Assembly: GCA_003344405.1 (NCBI GenBank)
Contig: NOWV01000305.1
Location: 1 to 56,511 of the forward strand
Length of the DNA: 56,511 nucleotides
Reading direction: 5' to 3'
Source: Trichoplax sp. H2
Taxonomy: Eukaryota
Shown here: positions 1 to 14,600 of the stretch, piece by piece
How positions within the stretch are numbered: the first letter of the stretch is position 1
How the letters are laid out: the number at the start of each line of letters is the position of its first letter
Program-made: the position numbers and the translations under genes
The notes under the pieces: generated by a model
What the model was told of the DNA's origin: nothing
Seen by the model: only the letters and a program-made list of their open reading frames with translations
Databases searched by the model: none

Positions 1-3000
1 GGTTCATATTTTTTTCAACTCTCCTAAAATTTATTATTATAGCATAAGATCATTATGGTACTAGGTTCTTAAAGATTTTTAATACTGGTGTTACATAGAC
101 AATGCCAACTCATACTGTATGCATTGCCATAAATGATCCCATTCGTTATTATTACAGCAATTGCAGAGTTATAATCTGCTAACAATATTATTATATTTAT
201 ATCTAGATCAACTTTCTTGACCTAACACTGTGTAGTCAAAATTTCCACGTGATGGTAATCTGTCGCAATCATTAAAATAACTTATCTAAGAACTCATAGT
301 TCAATAAGATAATAATTTATTTTAAACTTTTCATAAGTATAAAGTACCACTAGTCAAGACAAATTATGTATGAGATTGTCCTTAATTTCCAATATCTATA
401 TAATATCTTAACCTAAATAATGCTTTTGTTACTAAAATATACTTATAGCGTAGCAAACATATTTAAACACCTGATAGAGTATATAAGTAGGATGATAATC
501 AATAAAAAGTGTTACGCATGCTATGCTGTGCTGTGTCTTTCAATGTGCACTTCGTAAAGATTCCAGCTACCCTAGGCTAGAGAAGTAGTCTATGGACTAA
601 AGTAAATTTACTATATATACCGAATTGTTTCCGTATATCACAAGGGTAGTTATTGCGTAATCGCTGTGCAATTATGGCTGCATAAGACTAGACAATTTTA
701 CCATATTCTTTTAAACTATCGATTGGTTTGAAGGTTGTTTATGTATATTAGTGTTTTTACTTCAGGTTTAAGCTGTGCAACTATTACATTAATCACACAA
801 GATTCAAAAATTGTGAAAGCGTTGAATAGCTAAAAATCATATGCACAATCGAAAAATATAGATGTTATTAGGCTCATGTTATAACCCAAATATATACGCG
901 TATTGTTATTTGTAGTGTATTTAGAATATCCTGTAACTATATTCTACTTTTAAATATAGGCATGTTGTATTGCTCTTATATTTAGACATATCTACAGTCT
1001 TCTTACTTCACATTCATATATAGGCTACTGTATTTAGTTATTACAGTACTCGCTGTTTGCTACAATCACCAGCTATGTTGTAACCTGTCATGGTATACTG
1101 TATGTTGTATCTAATTCTACAATCCTATTCTCTGCATGTGCTCTATCTTTAAGCTATAAATACCGCCGTTTTCCACCTCAGAAATCGTTAGTTTCCAGGT
1201 TAGTCTTCACACGTTACTCACGACAGCTTGAACGCTAGTCTACCGTAACTACCTCGCTGTACTTTACTACTTAAAATAAAGTATAACTTTTATACAACTT
1301 TTGGTGTACTAATTGTAAATGGCAACTTAATCTCAATCCTCCGAGATATTGAACGCTCCATCACAATTATATTCAGATCTATGATATTACCATCGGAAAT
1401 GATTTTGATTGCATAAGTACTGTGCATTTCGCATACCAAACCAGCTTCATAATAGTCTATGGATTAAGGCTTGATATGGCAGCAGATACAATCGCAGTAT
1501 CAGTTATTTTTTACATTTAAGCTTAATATTATATTACATAATTGTACAGCGGAACTGTTTTGTTCATAGTTAATACTATATTAGATCAATGGTAAGCCAT
1601 TAGATGTAGCTTAATATGACAGAATCGTAATAATAGCGTAGATTACATTAATTTATTTGAACTAGTGCTGAATTTATGAATGTGTCGTAGCAATAGATTG
1701 ACTATGGTTTGGCATAGTTCAAGTCTACATATTCGAAAATTAATTAACTGATAAGTATTTCTATAATCCGAACATTTCATGGCGAATAGAATACATTACG
1801 GCTTCAATATGCAGAATATATCAGGATAATTGATTTACAAGGTAGTACAGTAAGAAATGTACTACAGATATCTTGGTCAATTATTTTTTAAATATCTTAT
1901 GTTTTAATACATCAGAGCTGCATTTTGCTTTTTAAATTGAACGATTTAAACATTTAGGCCTATGTTAAGATTATCATACTGCCCGATTCTATCTTTTCTG
2001 ATGTCAGCAATTTTAAATTCTAGCTACTTCATATGATTCATATGCCATAATATAGCAAAGTTCAGATCCAGTCGTTCACGATCTATTTATCATATATGCA
2101 TGAAATTTCTTGCAATATAATATTCTATCAAATAAATTCATTCCCATCTCTAATATAATTAATGTTATAACCATCCCGAATATCCAACATCTTTGTCCAA
2201 GTCACAGTGTCTTTCTAAGATCTTGCGAATTTTTCAGAATATTGCATTTTGGCAAACATATTCGATTTGATAAGAATAATATTCTTTGATTGGACTTTAG
2301 ACTATATTCACTGTTTGATTGCTTAGACACTCTCTTTTAGATCCTTTTTTGGTGAACTCTCAATAAAGAATTGGATGCGAAGTTTAATGTAAGTTATTCT
2401 ATAGGGGTACAATTGCGACTGATAGTAACGGAAATTGATTGTTGATACATAGGAAGGAAGATATGGAAGGAAACAGGATACAGATAAAGCAAATTTACAA
2501 TCTTTTATCTTTATTAATGCCGATGATGATATTCGGAAATCATTTGTTTCCCTGTATACAAACATCTTCGCTATCGTTATCAAGTGTCGGAATTCACGTG
2601 CTTACAACTATAAAAATAAGTTAGAACAATACAAATCTATAACAATGATTTTCTCTTAACTTTCACACTCTATCCTACTAGAAAATGACTAAAACTCTTA
2701 ATTATACGTAATACAGATATTGTGGTCAATCCTTTTAATAGATGACTATTACTATACAGTATTTGAATCTTTTTATAAGAGCAAGATAGTGAATAAGCTG
2801 AGAAGAAAACTTATGAATATTTAATGATTAATTACTCTTAATTTAAAGAACTGTTTTATTTTCATGTTCTGTGTGTATTTATTGCAATGAAAGGAATTTG
2901 AAAAGCTCAATAAAGACTCAATGGCAGCTATCCTTCGCTTTTGATCAATATGTAACATGCCAATTCATGCGAAATTTAAGTGCTTTCAGATTAAATTACT

Positions 3001-4109
3001 GTCCTTAAAATTCCTGTCGTAAAGACAAATGGCATACTTATTTCAAGACAGCATCTACATTTAATTTCATCTACGGTTTTTAACTGTTCGGCATAAGTTA
3101 TTTAAATCGCAAAATTAAAACTTAAAAAACTTTATTATCAACAAAATATATTCAGCCATTTCCGATGATCTAGCTCATAATAAACGAATTTTCAATCTGA
3201 ATAAAACATGATATAGGCTTATGCAGTTGAAGAAAATGATTTTTGTACGCTAATTTCTTGATATGGCCATCGAGTATTGTTTATTAAGTTTATTTTATAA
3301 CAAGATCTTACGGAAAACGTTTTTTAAATACCTTCCTTCGACTTAAAATTATAATAAATAAATCCCATAAAGTCAAAGATCAAATACCATGCAGGAACTG
3401 GAAGGGTTAAATAAAGCGATTTCAAGCAATTTCCGCCAGTTTATTTACAGTAAAACATATAAGTATTAATTTCAATAGCTGAATTTCAATATATACAATT
3501 TCATTGTTGATCGCGACAAGTCTAATAGTAGACAGTTTAAACTAAAATTACTTTCTCGTATTTCCTGATAACTATGTTGGTTGGATTTAAATTTTTGGCT
3601 AGCTTGCATAGTCTAAAACAATTATTCTATGAGTCTGCTAGTAAATAGTATAGATTAGAATAGCACCTATTATTCGATGATGATACTCAGAGTATATAAA
3701 TTTTTGGCTAGCTCATAAAATCTCAACTACTTGTATTTATTCACTAAGAAAGAAATTTTCCTCAAATTACTGATACTGTGGTAGTAGCAGGCATGAAATA
3801 AAGTAGCAGCCGTTTTTCAGATGATTGTCCATATTGAAGGCATATCAATATTTAGTCATCATTTCTAACAGTTTATAGAAACCCTGGTCGAACATTATTT
3901 TTTAACTAAATTAAGACAGCGATTAATACAAATTATCTAGTGGGATAGCTAAAAATTACTGTAATTGTTTAACAAGTTAATGATGTTTACCATCTTGAGA
4001 AAAAGTAATGAATAAATTGGGTCCATTTTTCATCTCTAAACCGCCCTAAAATTTAAGCTAATTTATTCAGTACTAAATGAAACACGCAAAGGACGGTATT
4101 AAAAAGTTC

Positions 4110-4615
4110 TTAAGACTCTTTTTAAAGCCTGATCTTGTTATAGTTTAATGTTAATTATGTACAAAGTAGAAATTTTAAAATTTCTGTATTTTGCAATTTA
4201 TCACTAATAAGCTTTCAGTATCCTTTTAAAGCTTACTCTCATCACATTTTGATATTAAACACAATGTTAGAAATTTTCAATGTTCTACTTTTTTGCTATT
4301 TGTCATTAATAAGCTCTCAGTCTGTTTTTAAAGCCTGCACCCATCTTATTTCAATATTAATTGAAGATATGATCAAATTTTGTGAAATTTTCTCTTTTTT
4401 TATTTGTCACTAATAAGCTCTCAGTCTTATTTTAAAACCTGCTTCATCATATTTTGATATTAGTTAAACACATAATAGAAATTTTTAAACTTTTCTGCAT
4501 TTTACTTTAGTCACTAGTAATCTCTCAGTCTTCTTTAAAACCCACTGTCAATAAGTTTCGATATTAAACACATGGCAGAAATTTTAAAATTTCCTGCTTT
4601 CTCCTATTTGTTACT
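4110..4615. repeat. Degenerate tandem repeat, ~103-bp unit, ~5 copies
   Basis: TCACTAATAAGCTYTCAGT..TTTTAAAGC..TTTTGATATTA..AGAAATTTT recurs at ~4201, 4303, 4407 and 4510. Confidence 0.8.
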
Positions 4616-7600
4616 GCTGTACAGTAGAGATTGACTACCTAATTCGGTTTAAGTCATGTGCATAGTCATCAAGTCAGGAGTCTTGCTATGCCCGTAGTTA
4701 AATATTTATTTACCAAATATTTCAGTAGGATTAAAGATAGGCAAGTTAAGGCAACATATAGCCGTTCGAGAAGTTATATAACTACTGGAACGATATTCAA
4801 ATACCAGGAGTCATCGGTAATGGTACGCTCGTCGATGCACGAGCTTTGCACAAGCCCACTAAGTACACAAATACATAAGTGTTAGTTAGCCCCGAGTAAC
4901 TTATTTATTTTTCTTTATTATACATTATGCATAATGCTGTTACATGTCGAAGATTTAAAAACCAATAGTCAATATTATAGTATACTACAGGATGAACTGT
5001 AACCTCTCTATATAGCTGGTGAATAACCATTGACTAATTAGTTGATATACACGAGAATTAGCGACGTTATGATATTTATTTTTCTGTCGGTGCAATTGTA
5101 ATGCTAATATTAATTAATGTTAGGTAAATGTTAATACATGGACACCATCGAATAAATTCAGTATTAAGTTCTGGCTGAATATCTAAAAAATGCATCATTT
5201 AAGAAAGGAATTTTTTTCCGATAAACCGCTCAATTATCAGTCTAAAGGCATGAATCGTCAATCAGAAGCTATTAGTTAAACAGAGTTTTCAAATAGTATA
5301 AAATCTACTTACTGTAACATTATCTATTATGGCACTATCGATAATCTATTACATTTCTTCTTTGCAAAACACCAATCATAAGGGAAAATGCTAGTAAATA
5401 CAATTTGATCCAAAAACCATCCCAGATACTCCTATCAATATTTTAAGATGTAAAATGTATTTGATTTATTTGCGAAATACAGAATGAGCAGACAGGAATC
5501 AAGGAGGAAATATTTGAAATTAGATCTACAAATGCTTCTTTTTGAGTACCGTAACATCGTAATCATTCTCAGTAGCAATGAAAACTACATTATAGATTGC
5601 AATTGCTATTGTAACTTAGAGCAACAAATATTTGCTATCATAAGCATATTAAGAAATCAGGTTCTACACTAGTTGATTTTAAACGTGTACATGACGTAAT
5701 CTCCTGCTGTGCAAGGAAAAGCGATTGGTTTTAGGCTTATAGTGTGTGCATCTGACTGTAAAAATATTTGGTCAGGCCACTTTCAACGTGATATAAAATC
5801 TATAAGGCTTTCGTTGCTGAATTCCATTCCTGTTATATACACATCAATTATGATTGAATGATACGTATGTACTTTTCATGAATTGCGACTTGTTTGTATG
5901 TACACTGTTAGGTCAAGTTGAAGGTACTGAGAGTATTGGCAGCACTTTAAACCATTTTATCACACTCTCTTACGTTTAGGAATGTGTAATGATGCAATCT
6001 TGCAACAAAAATGTCGACCAGAGTTATAAAAGACAGGTTTTTAATGCTCCAAATTTCTAGAATCTTAACCTGATCCTTTGCAATTATAAATGTATTTCCA
6101 TACACTGTAGAGTAACTGATAATATTTGCAAAGATGGCCCTCTAAAATCTTCATCTAAACTCTTAATTGTTTCTATCTATCGTTGGCTATGTCCATTTAT
6201 ATTATTAGCATAGATTTTCATCCATAGCCACTTACTTTGGTAAAATACCTTTCTGGTATCGTATTATTATCTATGCCCATTATTTAATTATAAATATAAT
6301 AATTTCTTACATAGAATCCAAAATCTGCATCGACATTTTTTCCTGGTTATTAACTTTTTCGGTTTCTTAGAGACAATTTGCATATAAACTGTCTAGAACC
6401 TGAAGAAATTTTTAAAGCATATATAGTTCTTTAGCAGTATAGGTGTCACTGTTCACAAAATTTTTACGATTAATTTATATAAAATCCCCAAAATCCTATT
6501 CAACATCTTGCATTTATTGTTAAGAATGAAGCCTTACTGTACTCTTTTTAATTTAAATTAGCTTTACTTGATTCTACCAACAGTTATTACTGGCCTATTT
6601 AAATCAATTTTCTTCTTTAAATAAAACTGTCGTTACAATTACCTTAACGGTTTAGCTCGTATATGAAATCATAAGTAGCATAGAACTGTAAGATACCAGA
6701 TATAGGATATTGCTTTGCGTGTATTTAAATGAGTCTATCTTGTTTTAAATGATCTAGCTTTATCCAAAACAAATTAATTAATGAAATAAGCACTAACATT
6801 ACAATATTGGAGCCAAAGTGTCGGTATTTCTTGATTGATGCAATATTTTTAAATGCGAGTAGATATCAATCACAGTTTTGAAATAGCATATAATGATGCT
6901 CAACACAATGCAAATATCTGATCAAATATATCATTAGTATGAATAAGTTTATTCAGCTAAAATAGACAAACATATCATAGCATTTACGCCAGACCGTTTT
7001 CTTATCGATTTACGCTTTTTAGATGTGCGTCATTTATGGGAGGTAACATCATAAAATATTGAACGTTCGAATGCAAATAAATGATTGAAAGGGTAATAAA
7101 CATGAGCAATTCGCACATTTGAAATAGAAGAAGACATGATCACATTTGAGTTAGCACTTTATCCTTGTGATACTATACATTTATATTTGCATTGTATCAA
7201 AATATCATGGAATAGCAGACGATGTGAATAAATCACTACAGCTTTAGAATGAATAAACTTATTTAGGCGAAATAGACAATAGTATTTATAACACTGATGC
7301 TGAACTTTTGTTTAATGATTCTACTCTTTTAGATATACGCAAATTGGGCTATGGAAATTGCATAAAATATTGAAAGATACGAAGAATTTAATATATTATT
7401 AGCGTAAATAAATATATATAATTGATACATGTAGAGACATCATCAAGTTGAAGATCAAGCTTTCTTTATTAAAGCTACTCTGACAGATGCGTGGATACTT
7501 CCGGTATAGAGCGTTGAAATCGCGTGAAGTGATGCGTGACTCACTTAAAATAAATAATTAAATACGCTATCAACGAATATATTTGCTTTACTCTAATACA

Positions 7601-8244
7601 TTCGGACTTTTAAGCTTAGAATTTCATAATGATATTACTCTTATAGAATTGCTGCATGAACGATGTTTAAGTAATATGAACTGCTAGTCGATTTAATGCA
7701 AACAAGTAATTACAGAAATTATGAGCATGAATAAATTTATTGAATCAGCTTTGCCCCTTATTGGCTAATGACTTCTTGGACATAATCATTTGATCGATCT
7801 CAAATGCCGATATCCAATCCGGTTTGATTACTGCATAAGGCGCAATATTGTTAATGTTGATTTATGAGCAAGTTTACTATGACAGGAAAACTCGCAAATT
7901 GATTATCGCCTGATGAATACTTTTATAGTGGTAATAGGCAATATTAAATATTACCTAGTTAGACGTTCTAAGTGGAATAAGATCAAAATGAGCGTTAATT
8001 TTTCAGCATTTTTAGAAATAACATATGGAGCGAATGACGTTATTAATCAAAAAATTACCGTAAAAATAATATCAATAAATCATAAAATTACAGTTAATTG
8101 ATGTTGTGTCTAAAATATGAACATTAGATAGAAGGTCTACAGAAAATTTTAACTCCATTTAAAGATTGTATCACATGATGGCTAGCTTAAGGAAGGTATA
8201 AATTGGTTGTAAAATTATGATTATGATACCATTATTTTGCCATC

Positions 8245-10858
8245 ATGGTAATGAAATATGACAAATATAAAATGATAGTTGAGCAGTGTCAATCGATATT
8301 TGCTGTTGTATTTTGTATCTTATCTTCATGATAGCAATATTGAAGTTTTTCTTTCAATTTATGTAGTTGATGAAGCCGAAAAGAATTGATATTATTCGAG
8401 CTTCAGAAAAAGCAGATAAAAGAATTTTACAAGTCATAAAAAAGTTGAATATCGATATAGATGTTTATGGTAGAGAAGTAAGTTCAGATGTTGCAGGACA
8501 ATTAGATTGAAGTAGTTTGGTCTTGAAATTAAATTATTTTTTAAATTGATTGAATTAGAGCTGGCCTTTTGGTTCCGCTTTACAATATCAGATTTTTTTT
8601 AATAATATTGAAGCCATACGCTTTCTTCTCGAAAATGGAGCAGATCCAAATCATTTAGACGTAAGCTAAGTGAGATATAAATCAGATTTGAGCTAATTCC
8701 TTCATGCTTATTTGATCAATTTTAACAAATTTACCTTATCATTATCCACACTTGGTACATTTGGATAGCAGTACTAGTGATAAAAACCTTAATCTTATAC
8801 CGAATAGATTAAAAATTCCGCTAATTTTTTTGCAAATGATTAGAAAGTTGCGTAGAATTTCATTTTTACTGCCTTTAAGATAGGACTGATTCCATCTTTT
8901 TTAATCTATTTTGGACGTAAATAGTTTAGTTTAACAACTCCAATACATTGGGCAGCCGTCTTTGGCCATTTAGATGCCTTAAAATTAATGTACGAACATC
9001 ATGGCGACATTAACATTATGTCTGGAGTAAGCATATTGATATTATTTTAATTATATTAATTTTAGCCTATAATTTTCATAGCAATCATAAATAATCTGCA
9101 TATTATCAACTTAGCAACACAAAGTTAGAGTAATTTATTCCCTGTGTTATTTATTTGAAGGTTATAATTATATTTTATCCCTATAAAGTTTTCAGTATCT
9201 AAAGATAGTTGATCGCCGTGATTAAGTTAAAATGGGCGAGCTAAATTCCAGGTTCTTAATAGTTATACGAATTAATGCTAAATATTATGAGATAGCCAAG
9301 TAATGGGATGAATAATTATAATTATAATTAATCATTCAGTAAAAGAACTAAAATATGTTAAAGCAGAATAGATGATTGCATTGCTCAGTTTATAAATTAT
9401 TAATTGGTCAATTGTAATTATTTATGTATTACTCAAAGGAAGCATTAAATTGAATAGAAATTTTGTAAGAGAGTTTGCAATTAGTTCATTCACTTATATC
9501 ATTAGCTACGTTATCGACTATCTATCTTGGTTGGGTAATCTTAATCCAAATAAAGCATAAATCAAATTTCTTCATTGACAAACTGTTTTTATATTGCAGA
9601 ATAACCAGACGCCGCTTCTTTTTGCAGCTACAAATGGCGAGGAAGAAGTTATATCTTGGTTGATTGCACAAGGAGCGGATATCCATTGCCATGATACGGT
9701 AAGTGAGCTACAAGCAGTTAAATTAGACAAGGAATATATACACAAATTCTAACCCTATGCGATTATCGATTCTTATGTACAATCCATGTAAAAATAGCCA
9801 AATGCATAAATAAAGCAAAAAGTCTAATATATCAACTTACATGAATATTAAAGCAATCTACGCTTATAGAATAGAATAATACATATAAGTAAAATATTTC
9901 AGTCATTTAATGGAATAAGTATATGCAAATATCTAGTCTATCTAGTCTATTGAATACGAAAACATGTGTAAAACAATAAATTCAAAGTAATTTAATGATA
10001 AATGGCCATCTTGACTATTTAATCTATGTAAAATACATGAACATGAGCAAAATGATGAAATTTAATCGTAATCATGTGGAATTCATTTACATGCACAATT
10101 AATGATGGTGTTAATCGATGTCTCAAATTTTATTTGATCTGTTTAGTTTAGCAATTCCCCTTTACGAATAGCAATCGTTAATGGATTTGTTGGCTCGATG
10201 AAGTTGCTTATAAAATTGGGATTGGATATTGAAGATACCAATTATGTAAGTAGAATCATAGCACCTCTTACATAATATGATACAATTTGGTTATTTACTG
10301 CGTAGTTAAAGATCAATTTTATAATTGATCTAGTGATTGTGTACGTTAATTGGTTTTACTTCTCCAATTTTTATGAGTAATCATTTTCAATCTTAATCTA
10401 AAACATAGAGGTTAGAAACACCGATCTACGGTGCAATTCGTTATTACGATCCTGATATCAGTCTTGAAATGGTTAAGATTTTATTGGATAACAATGCTAA
10501 TGTTGATCATCAGAATAAGGTAATTATTGTATTTAGATCTCGCTACTAGAATTTCTTTCTTAGAATTCTTGTAAGGAGTAACTGCTAGTACTGCATATAA
10601 TCAGATTTTATTGTGCTTTTAAAATAATCCCAACAAAGGAGCATTACAAAATATGTAAAACTTTCTTATACCTGTATATCAATAATTAATACTTTATGGT
10701 ATAATATCTTCACTGAGGTATCTAATTATCTATTTAATGTTCGTTCCTTTTTAAAATTTTAGTTTGGACAAACACCTTTAGATATCGCTCATGATGTCGG
10801 AAATCAGCAAGTTGTGAAGGAAATTCTTAATAGTTTAGGCATAGAATTGGATGATTAA
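8245..10858 (+). CDS. Small ankyrin-repeat protein (~5 repeats, ~205 aa)
   Basis: Phase-0 GT-AG exons 8367-8477, 8559-8660, 8925-9026, 9600-9698, 10147-10245, 10409-10519, 10763-10858(TAA). They translate to ankyrin motifs: FLLENGADPNHLD, TTPIHWAAVFGHLDALKL, QTPLLFAATNGEEEVISWLIAQGADIH, ETPIYGA..LLDNNANVDHQN, GQTPLDIA. The start is either ATG 8245-8247 (followed by GTAATG) or ATG 8370. Confidence 0.85.
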
Positions 10859-11683
10859 ATCATGTAATAGTATTTGCTAATATCTTTAAAGTATTAGATT
10901 GGTCATGATGTTGACGATACGTGAAAAACACAAACTCAGCATACGAATTAATCCTTATTGATATATTTGATTTTGTATAGTTAAAAACAGTGAGATTATG
11001 TGATTACCGACTGCTTAAAGCAGCCTGCGTTTTTTTAAACTAATAAAAAAAGATGCAATTACGCAAATTTCATATTGCATTAGTAATGTCGTAAAGGTTG
11101 TTTTCATATTTTATTGAAGATGTGCTCAAAGAAGTTATTAATTGCTTACGTTTCAATAAATTTCAATCAATTGATTTGATCGTACCAATTAAAACGCAAA
11201 AATTTATCCCTTCATAAGATAGATTGTAGTAATTTTAATTAAATTAGATATCAAAACTCCATATGCATAATTAATCATCTGCTTTGGACAAACGTTAAAG
11301 TTAATTTACATACATTTTAAAAAATAACTTTACAACACTCTATCATCATATTAACCCACGAAAAGTACAAAAGGAATGTATCCTTTAGAAATTAGTCTAA
11401 TGAACAACTATTATATTGCTACTAACGGAGTTCTGATTTATTATATATAAATATATATTTATTGATTGTATAACGTTGAACTTCTTCGTTGTTTCATAAA
11501 ATTAAACTACAGCAATTTAACGCAGTACAATTGAAATGAACATCAATAGCGAAGATATGATCATTACAACGATTTAAGTTATCAACTATGATAATAACTA
11601 AAGACAGTAGATCTTTGATAAAATATCAAAAACAGAAATGATATTTGACTATATACAAAAACAAGATCATGAAATGCTTAAAT

Positions 11684-14600
11684 CTATTTTCGCTTATTCT
11701 TTCCCTGCCGTGATGACGACATGTCCTGCAATTTTGAATTCAATTTCTTTTGTAACAGTTCTTGTTTCAACGCATTCTTAGAGCTACTACTACTTTTTGA
11801 CGTAGACTTAAAATCTTTACGAGCTGCAAGGCGAGCTTCTTGGCCGCATCCATGCAACTCCGGCAATTGATGAGAGAAACAAAATCGACGACGACAATGT
11901 TGACAAAATAAACCAAGAGTAGCTACAGGCTTTTTACACCCGATCATAGCACAGTGGTTATCTGCAGCAACAGCAGCTTCGATTAAGGCATCAAAATCAT
12001 CACCACTATTCATATTTTTAATCACTGGCTTTAACTTTACTTTTTTACCACCCTTCTTTTTATCAATTGTCTGCTTATCATTACTGTTAGCCTTTTTACT
12101 ATTTACATGGCAGCGCAATAAATGAAGGTCTTTATTAGCCAAAGGAATAATTTTAGAGCAGGAATTGCATTTAAAGGAATTAACATCTTCCGAATAACCT
12201 ACTAATAATACGTAAAGATAAGGGTTATCGAACATTAATTTGGATATAAAAACGATGAGTAAAAACGATCATATTCATAGTTACAAAAATGTTCCAGGGT
12301 ACCTTCTGTTTTAGTTATTTCTAAATCCTTTGACTGGATTGATTTGCCGGCAATATCCACGTGTTCTTGAATACGCTGTAGTAATTCCTTTTCAACATCA
12401 GATTGATCATCTTTGATAGGTTTCTTTATTATGATTCTTCTTTCCTTCCCTTCCCCAATACTACGATGTTCAAGATGCAACGCTTCTGCAAATTCATGTA
12501 CTTTACGACGTTCATACGATGATAAAGTATATGGAAAACTAAGTTCTTGATCCGCTCCTTCTTCCATAAATAAATCTATTCGCTTCTTTATTTTATCTAC
12601 AGAGGAACTTTTTACTGTTGGTGGAGATGAAGCCGTATCCGATGAACTGTCATGTGGTGTTGCTTTAGTAATAGCTTCCTTACTTGTCTTGGGCGTCGAT
12701 TTATTTTCTTCTATGATCAAGTTCTAAACACAAACAAGGTAAAGGTATAAGAGGTTTCACTGCAAAAGCGAAGTTACTTATTAATAATTAAGACGGATTC
12801 CGGCGTTTAATACCGAATTAAATAAATTTGAGCTCCTATCTTTTAAACCGGATAATTTGGCATCTTGGCAGATATCACCTTCAATATATTGCAATGCTGA
12901 TCGAACTTCACCAAAGTCATTAAAATATTGTATCAATGTTTCCATATGCTTATCTTTGCTAACTGTTTCAGAATCTCCAATGACAGCTAAGTGACATCTA
13001 GCACGAGTAACTGCAACATTAATTCTTCGATATTCCGATAGGAAACCAACATCGCCTAAGAATTACGATCAGTTTACATACAGACTTTACATATGATAGC
13101 TTAAGAAAGTATTCACCATAGTATAACATCGTATAAATATCTGAATAAATAAATAAATACCTTTCTCGTTTGATCTAACAAGCGAGATAATAATCGCTTC
13201 CTTTTCACGACCTTGAAAACCATCCACTGATTTTATTTCGATATTTAATGATACCTTTGCTAGTTTTAGACGTAGTAATTCTACTTGCATATTATACGGT
13301 GTAATTATTCCGATGTCGGATGGTTTTACTCCGGCGTTGATTAATTTTTCGACATGGATAACTACTAGGTTGACTTCATATTCATTACCACGAGACGGTT
13401 GATCAGGCTCAGTATTTTCCATTTCGTGATAATCACAGCCAGCAGTATCAATCAATACGATTGGAATGCGGGTATTTTCATCGTCGCTAACATTAGGTAA
13501 GTCTCTATAGTTTTTAAAAATACAACATGAACACAATTATAGGTATGTAAAAGTTATCAGACAGATAGTCTATAAGTAAAGAATTTACAAACCTCAACAA
13601 CTGATTAGCAACATTGGAAGCAGCAACTAATTTGTTCTGGTAGAATTCATTGGACGACCACTGCATTATCTTAGAGTTCATACGATACTGCGTTTTCAAC
13701 ATTTTGACACACTTTTCATCAAATCTGTTGACAAGTCTTTCCATTAATGTAACAGCTAAGCCTTTATCGGCAGCTTTATCAGATAATATGGTTGGTGGCA
13801 ATTGCAAATGATCACCAGCTAAAATACATTTAGAAGAGCGTAGAAGAGCAATCCAACAGCTTGCTTCAATTGCTTGAGCAGCTTCATCAATAATAACAAC
13901 ATCGACGTGATTATCGCTCAAGTACTGTAATGGCCCCTCATCCGATGCTCCAGTTAAGGTTGCTAGTATAACGTCAGAATTTGTAAGAGTCTCGGTCGTT
14001 GCTTTCTGTTCACGCTTTTTGAGTTCTTTCCTAAGTAATTTAATTTCATGGCGTATTTGCCTTCTGTCACTTTTAGCTTTATGAAATGATGATATTGCTT
14101 TGTCTATGTCATTTCGAACATCTTTGATAATATCAGCGCTATCCGCTGACGAAAGAACGGCATCTAGAGAGTGAGACTAAAAATGTATAGTAATATGATT
14201 ATTATTAGAATTGGTGTTATACGTACCGGATATTTGCTTATTACAATATCAATTAGCAATACAGTGGAATTAAACATAAGCAAGCAATTGCCAGCAATTT
14301 AGTTCAAAACATCTGTCGATGATCAATGATACCTGTAGATGGTTTAACAATCTTGCAGGATGACCCAGGCGTATAAATTTGACTTTATTATCTTTGCGTA
14401 GACCTTTGTTCAATATCGATAATTTCTCAACCATGTTATCAACGGCAATATTAGAAGGGGCACATGCTAAAACTTTGAGTTTCCACTTGAGAACCAACTG
14501 CAAGATAACCTCCAAGACCACTGTTGTTTTGCCAGTACCAGGTGGGCCGTGGATGATTGCAAGATGAGATTGAGATACAGCAAATTGAACAGCCTGTTTT

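Noticed and set aside
2323..8101. Short ORFs of 61-86 aa in the left region
   Set aside because: No recognisable motifs or coherent exon chain; consistent with chance ORFs.
14177..14332. IGHMBP2 intron 3 donor GTATCATT as a U12-type intron (tempting given neighbouring CENATAC)
   Set aside because: It mismatches GTATCCTT and there is no TCCTTAAC-like branch site near the acceptor. No modelled intron in the window looks minor-class.
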